From positions 1 through 52,910 of the IMG/VR virus record IMGVR_UViG_3300032401_000016: DNA of 52,910 nt, one strand, 5' to 3'. Positions 33,559 to 42,083 of the stretch are shown piece by piece. Position 1 is the stretch's first letter; each line of letters starts with the position of its first letter. The translations under genes were made by a program, and so were the position numbers. This DNA is from a virus. Lineage: Duplodnaviria; Caudoviricetes. The notes below the pieces were generated by a model. That model was not told the origin of the DNA, made no database searches, and worked only from the letters and a program-made list of their open reading frames with translations.

Positions 33559-34557
33559 TTAGGTGACGGAGCTCTTGTTGTTGATCGCGAGCATCATGCC
33601 GTTCGCCTTCTCGTTGAGCACCTCGAGGGTGCACTCGCCGACGACGATACCGGCCACTGCGTCACCGCGCTTCCCGAGCAGCGTGTGCTGCATCGGGCGG
33701 AGCCACGCGAGGCGGTTGATGGCGCGCTGGAGGAAGAACAGCGCTCCGGTCGTGTGGAGGGCCGAGGCCTGGGCTGACGAGGTGTTCGTCGACTGCGGGA
33801 CCCAACGATCCAGCACGATCTGGAGCAGACCGAAGTCGCTGTCGTACATGTCGACAGCGGCGACGAGCTTCTTCTCCACGGCCGCGATGTTGCGGTTTCC
33901 AGCGATCTGCTGGAAGTTGCTGATCTGGCGCTTCAGCGAGGGCGAAGCGTAGACCTGCTCGGGGTTTCCCCCGGCCTCGTAGATCGTCTGGAGAATCTGG
34001 TTGAAGCTCACGGGCGTGAGGACCGAAGCGCTCGCGGTGGCGGTACCACCGTCCGCGGCCGCGGTGTTGGTCACGATGAAGTTCTGGAAGCTCCTCATCG
34101 TGCGGGCAGCGGCCGAGGCCGAGCCCGATGCCGAGGCGCTGGCACTGAACACGCGCTTCTCGAGCTTGATCGCGAGGCGCTTCGTGGCCTTCTGGATTTC
34201 GTACGCGTAGGCGTCCTTGAATCCGGCGGGGCTCACGGCGCGCTGCGACTCGCTCACGCCGATGTCCTGGCGGAGAATCTGCGTCACGTTCAGCACACGA
34301 AAGGGGGTCGAGGACCCGTCGTACGAGTAGTCGGCGCCTTCCTGCGCGCCGGTGTCGTCGACCGATCCGAGGGTGTCGGTCAGCCACTCGTGTACGACGT
34401 GGCTGGCGGTGGTCTTCGGGGCCTGGGTCACCCAGGGGGTGTCCCACGGGTCCACGTTCGTGATGAGGTCGAGCAGGTCTTCCCTGTTCGCCCCCGATCC
34501 GGCGAGGAACCCGAACTTGTAGACGCCGAAGTTTCCGGGAACTACGGTTCCGGGCAT
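33559..34557 (-). CDS. Major capsid protein (DUF5309/SU10-like, HK97 fold)
   Basis: REDLLDLI...DTP...HEWLTD.L, N.TQI, Y.SDFG, GECTLEVLNEKA. Confidence 0.9.
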   Translation of the reverse strand: MPGTVVPGNFGVYKFGFLAGSGANREDLLDLITNVDPWDTPWVTQAPKTTASHVVHEWLTDTLGSVDDTGAQEGADYSYDGSSTPFRVLNVTQILRQDIGVSESQRAVSPAGFKDAYAYEIQKATKRLAIKLEKRVFSASASASGSASAAARTMRSFQNFIVTNTAAADGGTATASASVLTPVSFNQILQTIYEAGGNPEQVYASPSLKRQISNFQQIAGNRNIAAVEKKLVAAVDMYDSDFGLLQIVLDRWVPQSTNTSSAQASALHTTGALFFLQRAINRLAWLRPMQHTLLGKRGDAVAGIVVGECTLEVLNEKANGMMLAINNKSSVT

Positions 34558-34575
34558 TGATGTTTCTCCGTTGGG

Positions 34576-35619
34576 TTAGCGCTCGACGCCGAAAAGCTCG
34601 TCGGGCAGGGTCTTGCCGATCATTTCGCGAAGCCACGGCTCCTTGTAGCCGGCGCGCCACAGGCTCTCGAGGCGGTTAGCCTCCTCCTGGGACGGTCCGA
34701 ACTGCGCTGGAGAGGTCTCGTGGACCCCGCTTACTTGGCTGGTGATGAGTCCCGCGTCTTTGCGGGCCGCGAGTACCTCTTCCTGGCGGGCCTGCACGTT
34801 CACCTCGATCTGGTGTTCGCGCGCGCCGCGCTGAGTGAAGTCGTACTTCAGCCACGCGAGCTCCATCGCGCCCTTGTAGTCACCTCGGGTCCACGCGCGC
34901 CCGACGGCCTCGGAGAGTTCAGGGTCGGCCTGAACGAACTGCACGAGCTCGTCGCGGAACGTCATGGAGTTGGGGTAGCGCTCGGCCATGAACTGGTCGG
35001 CCTTCGCGTACTCGTCCCTGGGGGCGAGCACGGACTGCACGGCGTCCATAGCTTCGATCCGGGCGAGCGCGGCGAAGTCCGCCGGGTCCACCTCGTACTT
35101 GTCGGCCAGCCGCTTGAGGAGTTCCTCTCGCTCGCTGGACCGCTGCACGGGATCGGTGCGCGTTTCGGGCATGATGGGCGGAGTCAGGGGGGTTCCCTGG
35201 CCCCGGAGGAGCTCGTTCTGACGCAGGAGCTCCTTGTTAGCATGGAGGAGCTTGTGGTACGAGTCCTCGGCGAGGCGCTCGCCCTCCGCTGTCCTCTCAT
35301 ACTTGCCAAGCAGCCTGCCGGCACCCGCGGGTTGCCCGTCGGGAGGTTCGGTGCTGTCAGCGGTTGGCGCGGCGGGCGGGCGGGCCTGGGCAGGGTCGGC
35401 CTGCTGAGGCTGCTGGCCTGGCGCCGGTTGTGCGGGGACCGGTCCCAGCGGCTGCGGTGCCGCCGGCGCCTGGGCCGGGTCGTCCGGCTTCGGCGGGATC
35501 GGGAGCGGATTCCCTACGTTGTGCATCGGGGCCTGCCTCTCCACCTCGTTGAATACGTCTTCACCGATGGTGGCCGCGAGCAGGTCGCGAACCTGTTGGG
35601 GATGCGTGAACTCTGGCAT
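34576..35619 (-). CDS. Capsid scaffolding protein
   Basis: Directly upstream of the MCP; Pro/Gln-rich N-terminus, LLGKY, coiled coil. Confidence 0.75.
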   Translation of the reverse strand: MPEFTHPQQVRDLLAATIGEDVFNEVERQAPMHNVGNPLPIPPKPDDPAQAPAAPQPLGPVPAQPAPGQQPQQADPAQARPPAAPTADSTEPPDGQPAGAGRLLGKYERTAEGERLAEDSYHKLLHANKELLRQNELLRGQGTPLTPPIMPETRTDPVQRSSEREELLKRLADKYEVDPADFAALARIEAMDAVQSVLAPRDEYAKADQFMAERYPNSMTFRDELVQFVQADPELSEAVGRAWTRGDYKGAMELAWLKYDFTQRGAREHQIEVNVQARQEEVLAARKDAGLITSQVSGVHETSPAQFGPSQEEANRLESLWRAGYKEPWLREMIGKTLPDELFGVER

Positions 35620-35621
35620 GA

Positions 35622-35807
35622 CTACCCCTTCTTTCGAGAGGGACGAGCGGCCCGCTGGGGTCGGCCCTTGCGCTCCGCCTGCACCTTCTCGGGGAGGTGC
35701 ATCCCCTTGCTGGCCCGGTCGTACTCATCGACGACCTTCTTAGAAATTTCTCCTTTGCTGAGCATGGCGTGGAACTTCCTGCGCTGCGCGTCGCTCTTGT
35801 ACGGCAT
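35622..35807 (-). CDS. Small basic phage protein (MPYKSDAQRR type)
   Basis: MPYKSDAQRRKFHA...LPEKV; GAGG RBS. Confidence 0.75.
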   Translation of the reverse strand: MPYKSDAQRRKFHAMLSKGEISKKVVDEYDRASKGMHLPEKVQAERKGRPQRAARPSRKKG

Positions 35808-35809
35808 GT

Positions 35810-36172
35810 CTACTTCCTCTTCTTCGCGCGGATCGCCGCGACCTTGGCTTTCGCGGCGTCGATCTTCGGGAGCGTGTCGCGAATCGCCTTGTGGGCCTTG
35901 TACATGCGGTGGGCCGCGAGCCCGCCGGAAACCATGTTGGCGGCCTCGATCCCGGCCGCGAGCGGGAGCCCTACGGGCCCCATAACCGGGTTCGCGCCGA
36001 CGAGCGGGAGGAACTCGGCCTTGCGGATGCGGGCTGTCATGTCCTCGCGTTCGGGCTCTAGGACCTTCGAGGCACGCTCCCACGCCGAAGAACCCCGCGG
36101 ATACAGTACTTCACCGGTCTTCCGCATTCGGCCTGCTACTCGTTCAGCGGGAGTCTGTCGGGGCTTCGCCAT
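35810..36172 (-). CDS. Basic protein with hydrophobic Gly-rich core (paralog 1)
   Basis: MAKPRQTPAER...PKIDAAKAKVAAIR. Confidence 0.7.
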   Translation of the reverse strand: MAKPRQTPAERVAGRMRKTGEVLYPRGSSAWERASKVLEPEREDMTARIRKAEFLPLVGANPVMGPVGLPLAAGIEAANMVSGGLAAHRMYKAHKAIRDTLPKIDAAKAKVAAIRAKKRK

Positions 36173-36618
36173 TACTTCTTCACCTTCCGCTCGGAGCGGA
36201 TGCGCGCGACCTGCGCCTTCTGCTTGTCAATCTCCGGCTTTACGCGCGCGATCCACTTCTTGGACTTGTCGAGCGAGGCGGCCGCCTTGCCCCACCCCGC
36301 GGCACCAAGGAGGGCGGCGCCCGCCGAACCGGCGGCCGCGGCCTGACCTCCCGCACGTAGCGCTCCAGCAACTTTACGCATCCTTGGAATAGCGCTGGTT
36401 GCCTGGTACGTCCACCCGGCCTTCATGGCGTGGTTCGCACCGGCCTTGTCCAACGCGAGGCCTCCTACGCCTGGGATCACGGTGCCGAGGGTTCCGGCCA
36501 GGCCACGCTTGTTGACCTCGCTAGTTTCCGGTTCGAGGACACGGTCCGCGTACTCGTTGGGGGTCTCCCACTGCCGCTTCGTCTGCCGCTCCGCGGGTGT
36601 CTGTCGCTTCTTTGCCAT
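36172..36618 (-). CDS. Basic protein with hydrophobic Gly-rich core (paralog 2)
   Basis: MAKKRQTPAER...PEIDKQKAQVARIR. Confidence 0.7.
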   Translation of the reverse strand: MAKKRQTPAERQTKRQWETPNEYADRVLEPETSEVNKRGLAGTLGTVIPGVGGLALDKAGANHAMKAGWTYQATSAIPRMRKVAGALRAGGQAAAAGSAGAALLGAAGWGKAAASLDKSKKWIARVKPEIDKQKAQVARIRSERKVKK

Positions 36619-36619
36619 G

Positions 36620-36991
36620 CTAGTAGTCCTCGTCCTCGTGGGGGATGCCCGCGGGACCGATCTCGCCGCTCGCGGCGCGATCCGCGTAGTGCTGCTCCTC
36701 GGCCTTCTGCCGCGCGTCGGCCTGCTCGCGCTCCTGGAGCTCCTGAATCGCGTTTTCCGGGAACGAAAGCAGCGCGTTAATGACCATGATGCCACCACGA
36801 CAGTAGTCATCAGGTTTCGCGTTATGGCGTTCACGAGCCGGGGCCGCAAGGTCGTGATAGAAGCCCCGCAGCATTCCCTCAAGGAATGGTTTGTAGAACG
36901 TCATGTACGCGTCAGAATTAACGATGAACGCGATCGCGTTCGCTTGGTCCGTGTTGATGTCGAGATTGATTCTCTGGGACTCAAAATCCAT
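36620..36991 (-). CDS. Hypothetical post-portal protein
   Basis: TAATG coupling; DYCRG motif; acidic tail. Confidence 0.65.
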   Translation of the reverse strand: MDFESQRINLDINTDQANAIAFIVNSDAYMTFYKPFLEGMLRGFYHDLAAPARERHNAKPDDYCRGGIMVINALLSFPENAIQELQEREQADARQKAEEQHYADRAASGEIGPAGIPHEDEDY

Positions 36992-37893
36992 TACCGGGTC
37001 CACTTATGGCCTCCAATCATTGGGTACTCGTGCTTGAACCACTCCTGAGTCAACTCAAGACCGTGTTGAAGATCGGTTTTTGGCCGCCACCCAAGTAGCG
37101 TGCGCGCCATTGTCGAGTCGATTACGCGCCTCGGGATTCCATCAATTCCGCGAGGTTTCTCATGACGGGGAGTGACGCCCATCAGCCGCGCGAGGTCGTT
37201 TACCGATGTTTCGATGCCGGTCCCGAGATTCATCATGACGCCACGCAACCTCTGTGATCGGTACAACGCGATCACGAGGGCATCCACCGCGTCGTCGATG
37301 AATAGGTAGTCACGTGTGTCGGTTCCGTCCCCGTAGATCACCGGGTCCGGCTTCCGCATGAAGTTCGAGACGACCCCACAGTAGGGATTCGTTTCAAGCT
37401 GGTGTGGGCCGTACACGTTAGAGAGCCTGACGGTGACCGCACCACCGCGTGCCGCGAGGTGATCTCCGGTCAATTTCGTTGATGCGTAAATGCCGCGCGG
37501 ATTTGTGCGCGTATCCTCGGTAATGGGCTGAACGTCGCTCCGCCCGTAAATCGACACAGAACCTGTGTAGACTACTCCGGCACCAGTAAAACGTGCAGCG
37601 TCCAGTACGCGCTGCATCCCGGCCACGTTTGTACGGATTGCGCGCATTGGCTCGATTTCCGCGAGCGTGATGTTCGTGGTCGCGAGGTGCGCGATGAGCT
37701 CAACCCCGCGAAGCGCTTCATACATGGCGAAATCCGCGATGTCAAGAAACAGGCGCGAAGCTCCCTCTGGGATCAACGAACCATCCGCCGTTGAGAGGTT
37801 GTCGATCACGAGTACGTCGTGGCCGGCGGCTACGAGGTACTTCGCGAGCCTGGAACCGATAAATCCAGCCCCGCCCGTCACCGCGATCTTCAT
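36991..37893 (-). CDS. NAD-dependent nucleotide-sugar epimerase/dehydratase (extended SDR)
   Basis: VTGGAGFIGS, YASTK (YxxxK), NVYGP, GDG.DTRDY. Confidence 0.93.
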   Translation of the reverse strand: MKIAVTGGAGFIGSRLAKYLVAAGHDVLVIDNLSTADGSLIPEGASRLFLDIADFAMYEALRGVELIAHLATTNITLAEIEPMRAIRTNVAGMQRVLDAARFTGAGVVYTGSVSIYGRSDVQPITEDTRTNPRGIYASTKLTGDHLAARGGAVTVRLSNVYGPHQLETNPYCGVVSNFMRKPDPVIYGDGTDTRDYLFIDDAVDALVIALYRSQRLRGVMMNLGTGIETSVNDLARLMGVTPRHEKPRGIDGIPRRVIDSTMARTLLGWRPKTDLQHGLELTQEWFKHEYPMIGGHKWTR

Positions 37894-39125
37894 GAGGGCC
37901 TCACTTGGTAGATGATGTTGCTGCGCCACACAAGATCGTGCTTTCCGTTCGGATAGAGGTAGAGCGTCGAGAGGATGAAGTCGAAGTCCCCTTCGTATCG
38001 GTCACCCCACACGCCGAGCCTGTCGGGGACGTTCGGGCAGACAAACATCGGTCCCCCGACGTTGCCCTCATACACGACCCAGTGGGCCGGGAGCATCTTC
38101 CCGTCCCCGTACGCCATCGCGAACATGAAGGGCCGATCGGGGAGCCGCGCGATCTGGTCGCGCACGATGTCCAGCGCACGAGGGCTCAGGGAATCGTCAT
38201 CATCGACAAACATCAGGTGGGTCCCCGTGGCACGCTTAATCGCGGCCCGCCGCTGTGGGTTGCCGAACGATCCAGGAGCCTCGTCTCTCCAGTACTTGAA
38301 CCGTGGGCCCATTCGTGAGACGAACTCCTCCGGATCATTTCGAAGGTTGTTTCCGACTACGAGGACCTCGTCGTTGTCGCCGAGCTGCTGAGCGAGCTCG
38401 TTGAGGGTTCGCTCAAGTGCGGGTCTACCGATCGTCGGTACGATGATCGAGAAGCGAACGTCGAACGGCGCGCGGTTCTCGATGTAGTACGCGTATTCTT
38501 CCGGGCGTTCATCGGGCCGCGTGAACGAAATTACGCGGTCCAGCCATACGGTATCGTTGAACCAGAGCAGCTTGGCGGCCTGGATCATGACCTGATCGCC
38601 GATGTACTCGAGGCCCATCTTCGGGAGCACGGAAGCGCGGCCCGGGAGCACGAGGCAATGCCCGTCGAGCGCGTATAGCCCACTCAGGTTCTCGAGCCCG
38701 TCGCGCAGCGGCTGCGTGAACGACGGCGTGAACCATAGCTTGCCCCACACGAAGCTGTCGATCTGCGCGACGATCAGCGAGCTAGGGTGCCGCTCGCGCT
38801 CCTCGCGGATCGCGTCGAACGCGCCGGGGACAAACACATCGTCGTCATCCTGGTATACGATGCTGTCAACAGTTCCGTGGAGCTCGTCGAGCGCGAAGTT
38901 GAGGTGCTCGTGGCCGTACTCCGCGCTCGGTCTCCTATCGCGCACCACATACTCAAACCCGAACGACTTCACGAACTCTACGTAGGCGTCGGCCGGCGTG
39001 CCGTCGAACACCACCAGCACCCGGTCGCCGGGCTCTAGTCCCTGGGCCTTGATGCTCGCGAGCGCCGCGGCTAGTGATGGGCGCCCAAACGTCGTCACGG
39101 GTACCCCGATCGTCGTACGTACCAC
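37890..39125 (-). CDS. Glycosyltransferase with two tandem GT2-like domains
   Basis: VPVTTFGRPSL...YQDDDD and IIVPTIGRPAL...FVDDDD; AAAGGA RBS. Confidence 0.88.
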   Translation of the reverse strand: MVRTTIGVPVTTFGRPSLAAALASIKAQGLEPGDRVLVVFDGTPADAYVEFVKSFGFEYVVRDRRPSAEYGHEHLNFALDELHGTVDSIVYQDDDDVFVPGAFDAIREERERHPSSLIVAQIDSFVWGKLWFTPSFTQPLRDGLENLSGLYALDGHCLVLPGRASVLPKMGLEYIGDQVMIQAAKLLWFNDTVWLDRVISFTRPDERPEEYAYYIENRAPFDVRFSIIVPTIGRPALERTLNELAQQLGDNDEVLVVGNNLRNDPEEFVSRMGPRFKYWRDEAPGSFGNPQRRAAIKRATGTHLMFVDDDDSLSPRALDIVRDQIARLPDRPFMFAMAYGDGKMLPAHWVVYEGNVGGPMFVCPNVPDRLGVWGDRYEGDFDFILSTLYLYPNGKHDLVWRSNIIYQVRPS

Positions 39126-39136
39126 GCGGTTCCTTT

Positions 39137-41050
39137 CTACTGTACAGGCGAGAGAGTGCCCTGGAGGTCCTGCGGGAGACCGGGGCCCTGCTGCTGGAGA
39201 GCGACCGGAACCTGGCCCGAGAGAATCTGGCCGGAGGTCGGGACGTTCGTGGCCTGCCCGTTGCCGGCGAGATCGAGCGCCTCCTTCATCGCGGGCTGCT
39301 GCTGCACGATCTCGTTGATGTTCGGAATCTCGAGCGCCCGCATGATCGAGCGGAGGAAATTCACCATGTTGATGTTGCCCATGATCTGGGGGCTCGCTCC
39401 GATGAACTGGAGCACCTGGAACAGGTTCTGCTGCTGCACGGTCTTCGAGAGCGCGGCTGAGGCGCCGAGGGCCCTCGCTGCGTAGTCCGGGGCGAGGTCC
39501 GCGTCCTCGATCGTCGCGCGGCTCGGGGGGTAAGGGCTGTTCGTGATCGGGTCGATCTCCGACGCGCTGTCGAGAATCAGGACCTCCTTGGGGGTCGGGA
39601 GGAACTGCTTGTCGAGCGCGACGAACATGTTCGCGAGCTTCTCGAGGTAGACCTCCTCGTAGATTCGGCTCTCGAGCATGAGGCGGGTGCCGGCGGCCTC
39701 GCGGCGGCCGACGAACTCGCGCGCGGTCTGGCGGTCCCCGCCGGGGAGCCCGCTCACCGCGTCCTCGATGATCCCGGTCCCCATCTGCGCGAACTCGCGC
39801 ATCTGCGAGACCTGCTGCACCCCGACCTGGATTCCGCTCAGGTTTGCCTGGAGCGGCCACACGACGCTCTGGGGCGGTCCGTCGACTCCGATGAAGCGCC
39901 CGGGGCGCGCGAAGAGGTTGCGGGTGTTGAGGCCCTTCGAGCGGTCGTAGAACCACATCGGGTCGATCACGAGGTCGGTCGCGTCGAGCTGCTGGTTGAT
40001 GTAGCGGTTCGCGGCGATCTGGAGCTTCTCCGCGATGTCGGCCTTCCCGGGAGAGTCGAAGTAGTGGGGGTCGGGGGTCGGGGAGAACGCGACGAACGGG
40101 ATGCGGCCGTGCCAGAACGGGTTCGGGCGGTTCCGCATCAGGTACTTGCGGTTCGCGACCGTGATGACGCGGTTCGTGCACCCGTCGTCCGCGAGCTCGG
40201 TCGGGACCATCCCCCAGAGCTCGAGGAGCTCCACGGGACGCGAGTACTTGTCCATCCAGCGGGCTTCCTGCTCCGTCATCCCGGTGCGGGCCTGGAAGCG
40301 CCGCATCAGGACCTCGTCCGCGGCCTGCTCGGCGTTCGTGCCGCCCTCGGTCTCGAGGCGGGTTACCTCGTCCTTGTCGAAAATGCCCTGGGACGTGAGG
40401 AACCGGAGCTCGTCGACGTCGAGGAAGTAGCGGCGGATGAACCACTGGTGCTTGCGGATCGGGCCGCGGCCGGGCTGCGGGAACGCGTCGAGCCGGTCGA
40501 CGTTCTCGTAGTTCGGGCCGTCGAACGTCGTGACGTTCTGGCGCCGGATCGTGCGGACCCGGGTGCCGGAGAGCGGCATCGCCTCGACCTTCTCGAGGAT
40601 GCGCGACTCCTCGCGGTGGTCCCACATCACGGCCGAGATCGCGACGCCGTAGAGGTCGGCCGTCACGAACGTGTCGACCTCCTTCATGAAGGCCTCGCAG
40701 TCCTTCATCTGCGCGGACACGAGGGCCTCCCACTTCCTGGCGGTCGGGGCGTCGTCGGGCCCGTAGCCGTAGAAGTACACGAGCGGCCACGCGTTCAGGC
40801 TCGTCGCGACCTTGCGGGCCGCGTCGCTCCAGATCGTCTGGAAGATCAGGGGGATGTGGATGTTGTTCTTGTGGGGGTGGAATCGGCCGGTGTAGACTCC
40901 ACGGAAGAGGTCGTAGAGGCGGGGGAGCCGGTTGCGAACGCCGAGGAAGTAGTTCTCCGAGAACTTGTGGCGCCCGCAAACGACGTCGACGATCTGGTCG
41001 CGTCGAGCGATCGCGCCGCTGGCCCTCGTGAGCTTGTAGTTAATCCCCAT
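39137..41050 (-). CDS. Portal protein (podovirus type)
   Basis: 637 aa; NIHIP, LYGVA, NPFWHGRIPF, QTAREF; downstream of the terminase. Confidence 0.88.
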   Translation of the reverse strand: MGINYKLTRASGAIARRDQIVDVVCGRHKFSENYFLGVRNRLPRLYDLFRGVYTGRFHPHKNNIHIPLIFQTIWSDAARKVATSLNAWPLVYFYGYGPDDAPTARKWEALVSAQMKDCEAFMKEVDTFVTADLYGVAISAVMWDHREESRILEKVEAMPLSGTRVRTIRRQNVTTFDGPNYENVDRLDAFPQPGRGPIRKHQWFIRRYFLDVDELRFLTSQGIFDKDEVTRLETEGGTNAEQAADEVLMRRFQARTGMTEQEARWMDKYSRPVELLELWGMVPTELADDGCTNRVITVANRKYLMRNRPNPFWHGRIPFVAFSPTPDPHYFDSPGKADIAEKLQIAANRYINQQLDATDLVIDPMWFYDRSKGLNTRNLFARPGRFIGVDGPPQSVVWPLQANLSGIQVGVQQVSQMREFAQMGTGIIEDAVSGLPGGDRQTAREFVGRREAAGTRLMLESRIYEEVYLEKLANMFVALDKQFLPTPKEVLILDSASEIDPITNSPYPPSRATIEDADLAPDYAARALGASAALSKTVQQQNLFQVLQFIGASPQIMGNINMVNFLRSIMRALEIPNINEIVQQQPAMKEALDLAGNGQATNVPTSGQILSGQVPVALQQQGPGLPQDLQGTLSPVQ

Positions 41051-41630
41051 TCGGTACTTCCTTTGGCTTCAGCCAAGGCGGTAGCTCGAGCTTCAGCTCG
41101 CGGCCGTTAACGTCGACCACGGTGCCGGTCTCGAGCGCGTGCTCGAAGAGCGCGCGGGTGAGGTCGACGTCGTCCATGCAGTACTGGAAGAGCTTCGCCC
41201 AGTGGCCGTCCTTCGCGAGCTGGGGAGCCGCCGCCCCCTTCCCGGTCTTGGTGCGCCCGATCGTGCGGAGCGCGACGTCGCCGAGCTTGTTGCCCTTGAA
41301 CTGCTTCACGCCGGTGCGCCGGAGCGCGTCCCAGATCGTGGTGAGCAGGTCGAGGTGGTGCTTGAGCCGGAGCTTCCGTCCGAGGATGCCCTCGACGATG
41401 GGGATGTCGAAGGACCGGGAGTTGAACCCGACGACGAGGTCGGCCGACTCGAGGTGCGCCGCGCAGTCCGCGACGCAGTGGTCGTCGTACAGGTACGTGC
41501 GGCGCTGCTCGGAGTCCCAGACCGCGAGCGCGGAGATTCCTCCCTCGCCGCGCCTCATGGCCTCCCAGCCGTCCTCGAGCTCGTCGGCCATCAGGCGGGT
41601 CTCGAGGTCGAACACAACGATGTGGGGCAC
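41040..41630 (-). CDS. RNase H-like (YprB/RNase_H_2) 3'-5' exonuclease
   Basis: FDLET, VVGFNSRSFD, YCMDDV. Confidence 0.85.
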   Translation of the reverse strand: MPHIVVFDLETRLMADELEDGWEAMRRGEGGISALAVWDSEQRRTYLYDDHCVADCAAHLESADLVVGFNSRSFDIPIVEGILGRKLRLKHHLDLLTTIWDALRRTGVKQFKGNKLGDVALRTIGRTKTGKGAAAPQLAKDGHWAKLFQYCMDDVDLTRALFEHALETGTVVDVNGRELKLELPPWLKPKEVPNGD

Positions 41631-41642
41631 GGAGAGTCCTTT

Positions 41643-42074
41643 CTACTTCGGGTTCTTAGCGGCCCTCGCGCGAAGCGCGCGGTTCACAACCTTACGCATC
41701 TCGATCTGGGGCTTTAGGGCCGCGATCTTATGCTCGTTCTCGGTCTGCTTCCACGCGGGAACCGCGCTCACGATACCGCTGTACATCCCCGCCTGCGCTC
41801 CAATCGCCGTGCCGAGGGGGCCGAATAGGGACCCGATCGCTCCGCCGGCCACGGTGCTCGCCCCTACGTGCGCTCCGAAGCGGCCCAAGGAAACCTCGCC
41901 CTTCGAGGGCTTCGTCGGCTTCTTGGGGATCGAGGTGCCCGTTCCGTCGCGCGGTGCCTCGAGGAGAGGCGTCATCTTGATGGGCCGCGAGACGCCGCGG
42001 GGGCCCTCAGAAAGCGGTGTGAGCTTCATGGCCCGCGAGGCGCTCTTCTCGATCGGGTTTGGGCGCTTTGGCAT
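41643..42074 (-). CDS. Basic protein with glycine-zipper motif
   Basis: GGAIGSLFGPLGTAIGAQAG; AGGAG RBS. Confidence 0.7.
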   Translation of the reverse strand: MPKRPNPIEKSASRAMKLTPLSEGPRGVSRPIKMTPLLEAPRDGTGTSIPKKPTKPSKGEVSLGRFGAHVGASTVAGGAIGSLFGPLGTAIGAQAGMYSGIVSAVPAWKQTENEHKIAALKPQIEMRKVVNRALRARAAKNPK

Positions 42075-42083
42075 CCTGGTCTC

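Noticed and set aside
39126-40979. 1029-aa ORF 37890-40979 as a single giant protein
   Set aside because: The upstream part is an off-frame overlap with the portal. The real GT2 gene starts at GTG 39125 with its own RBS.
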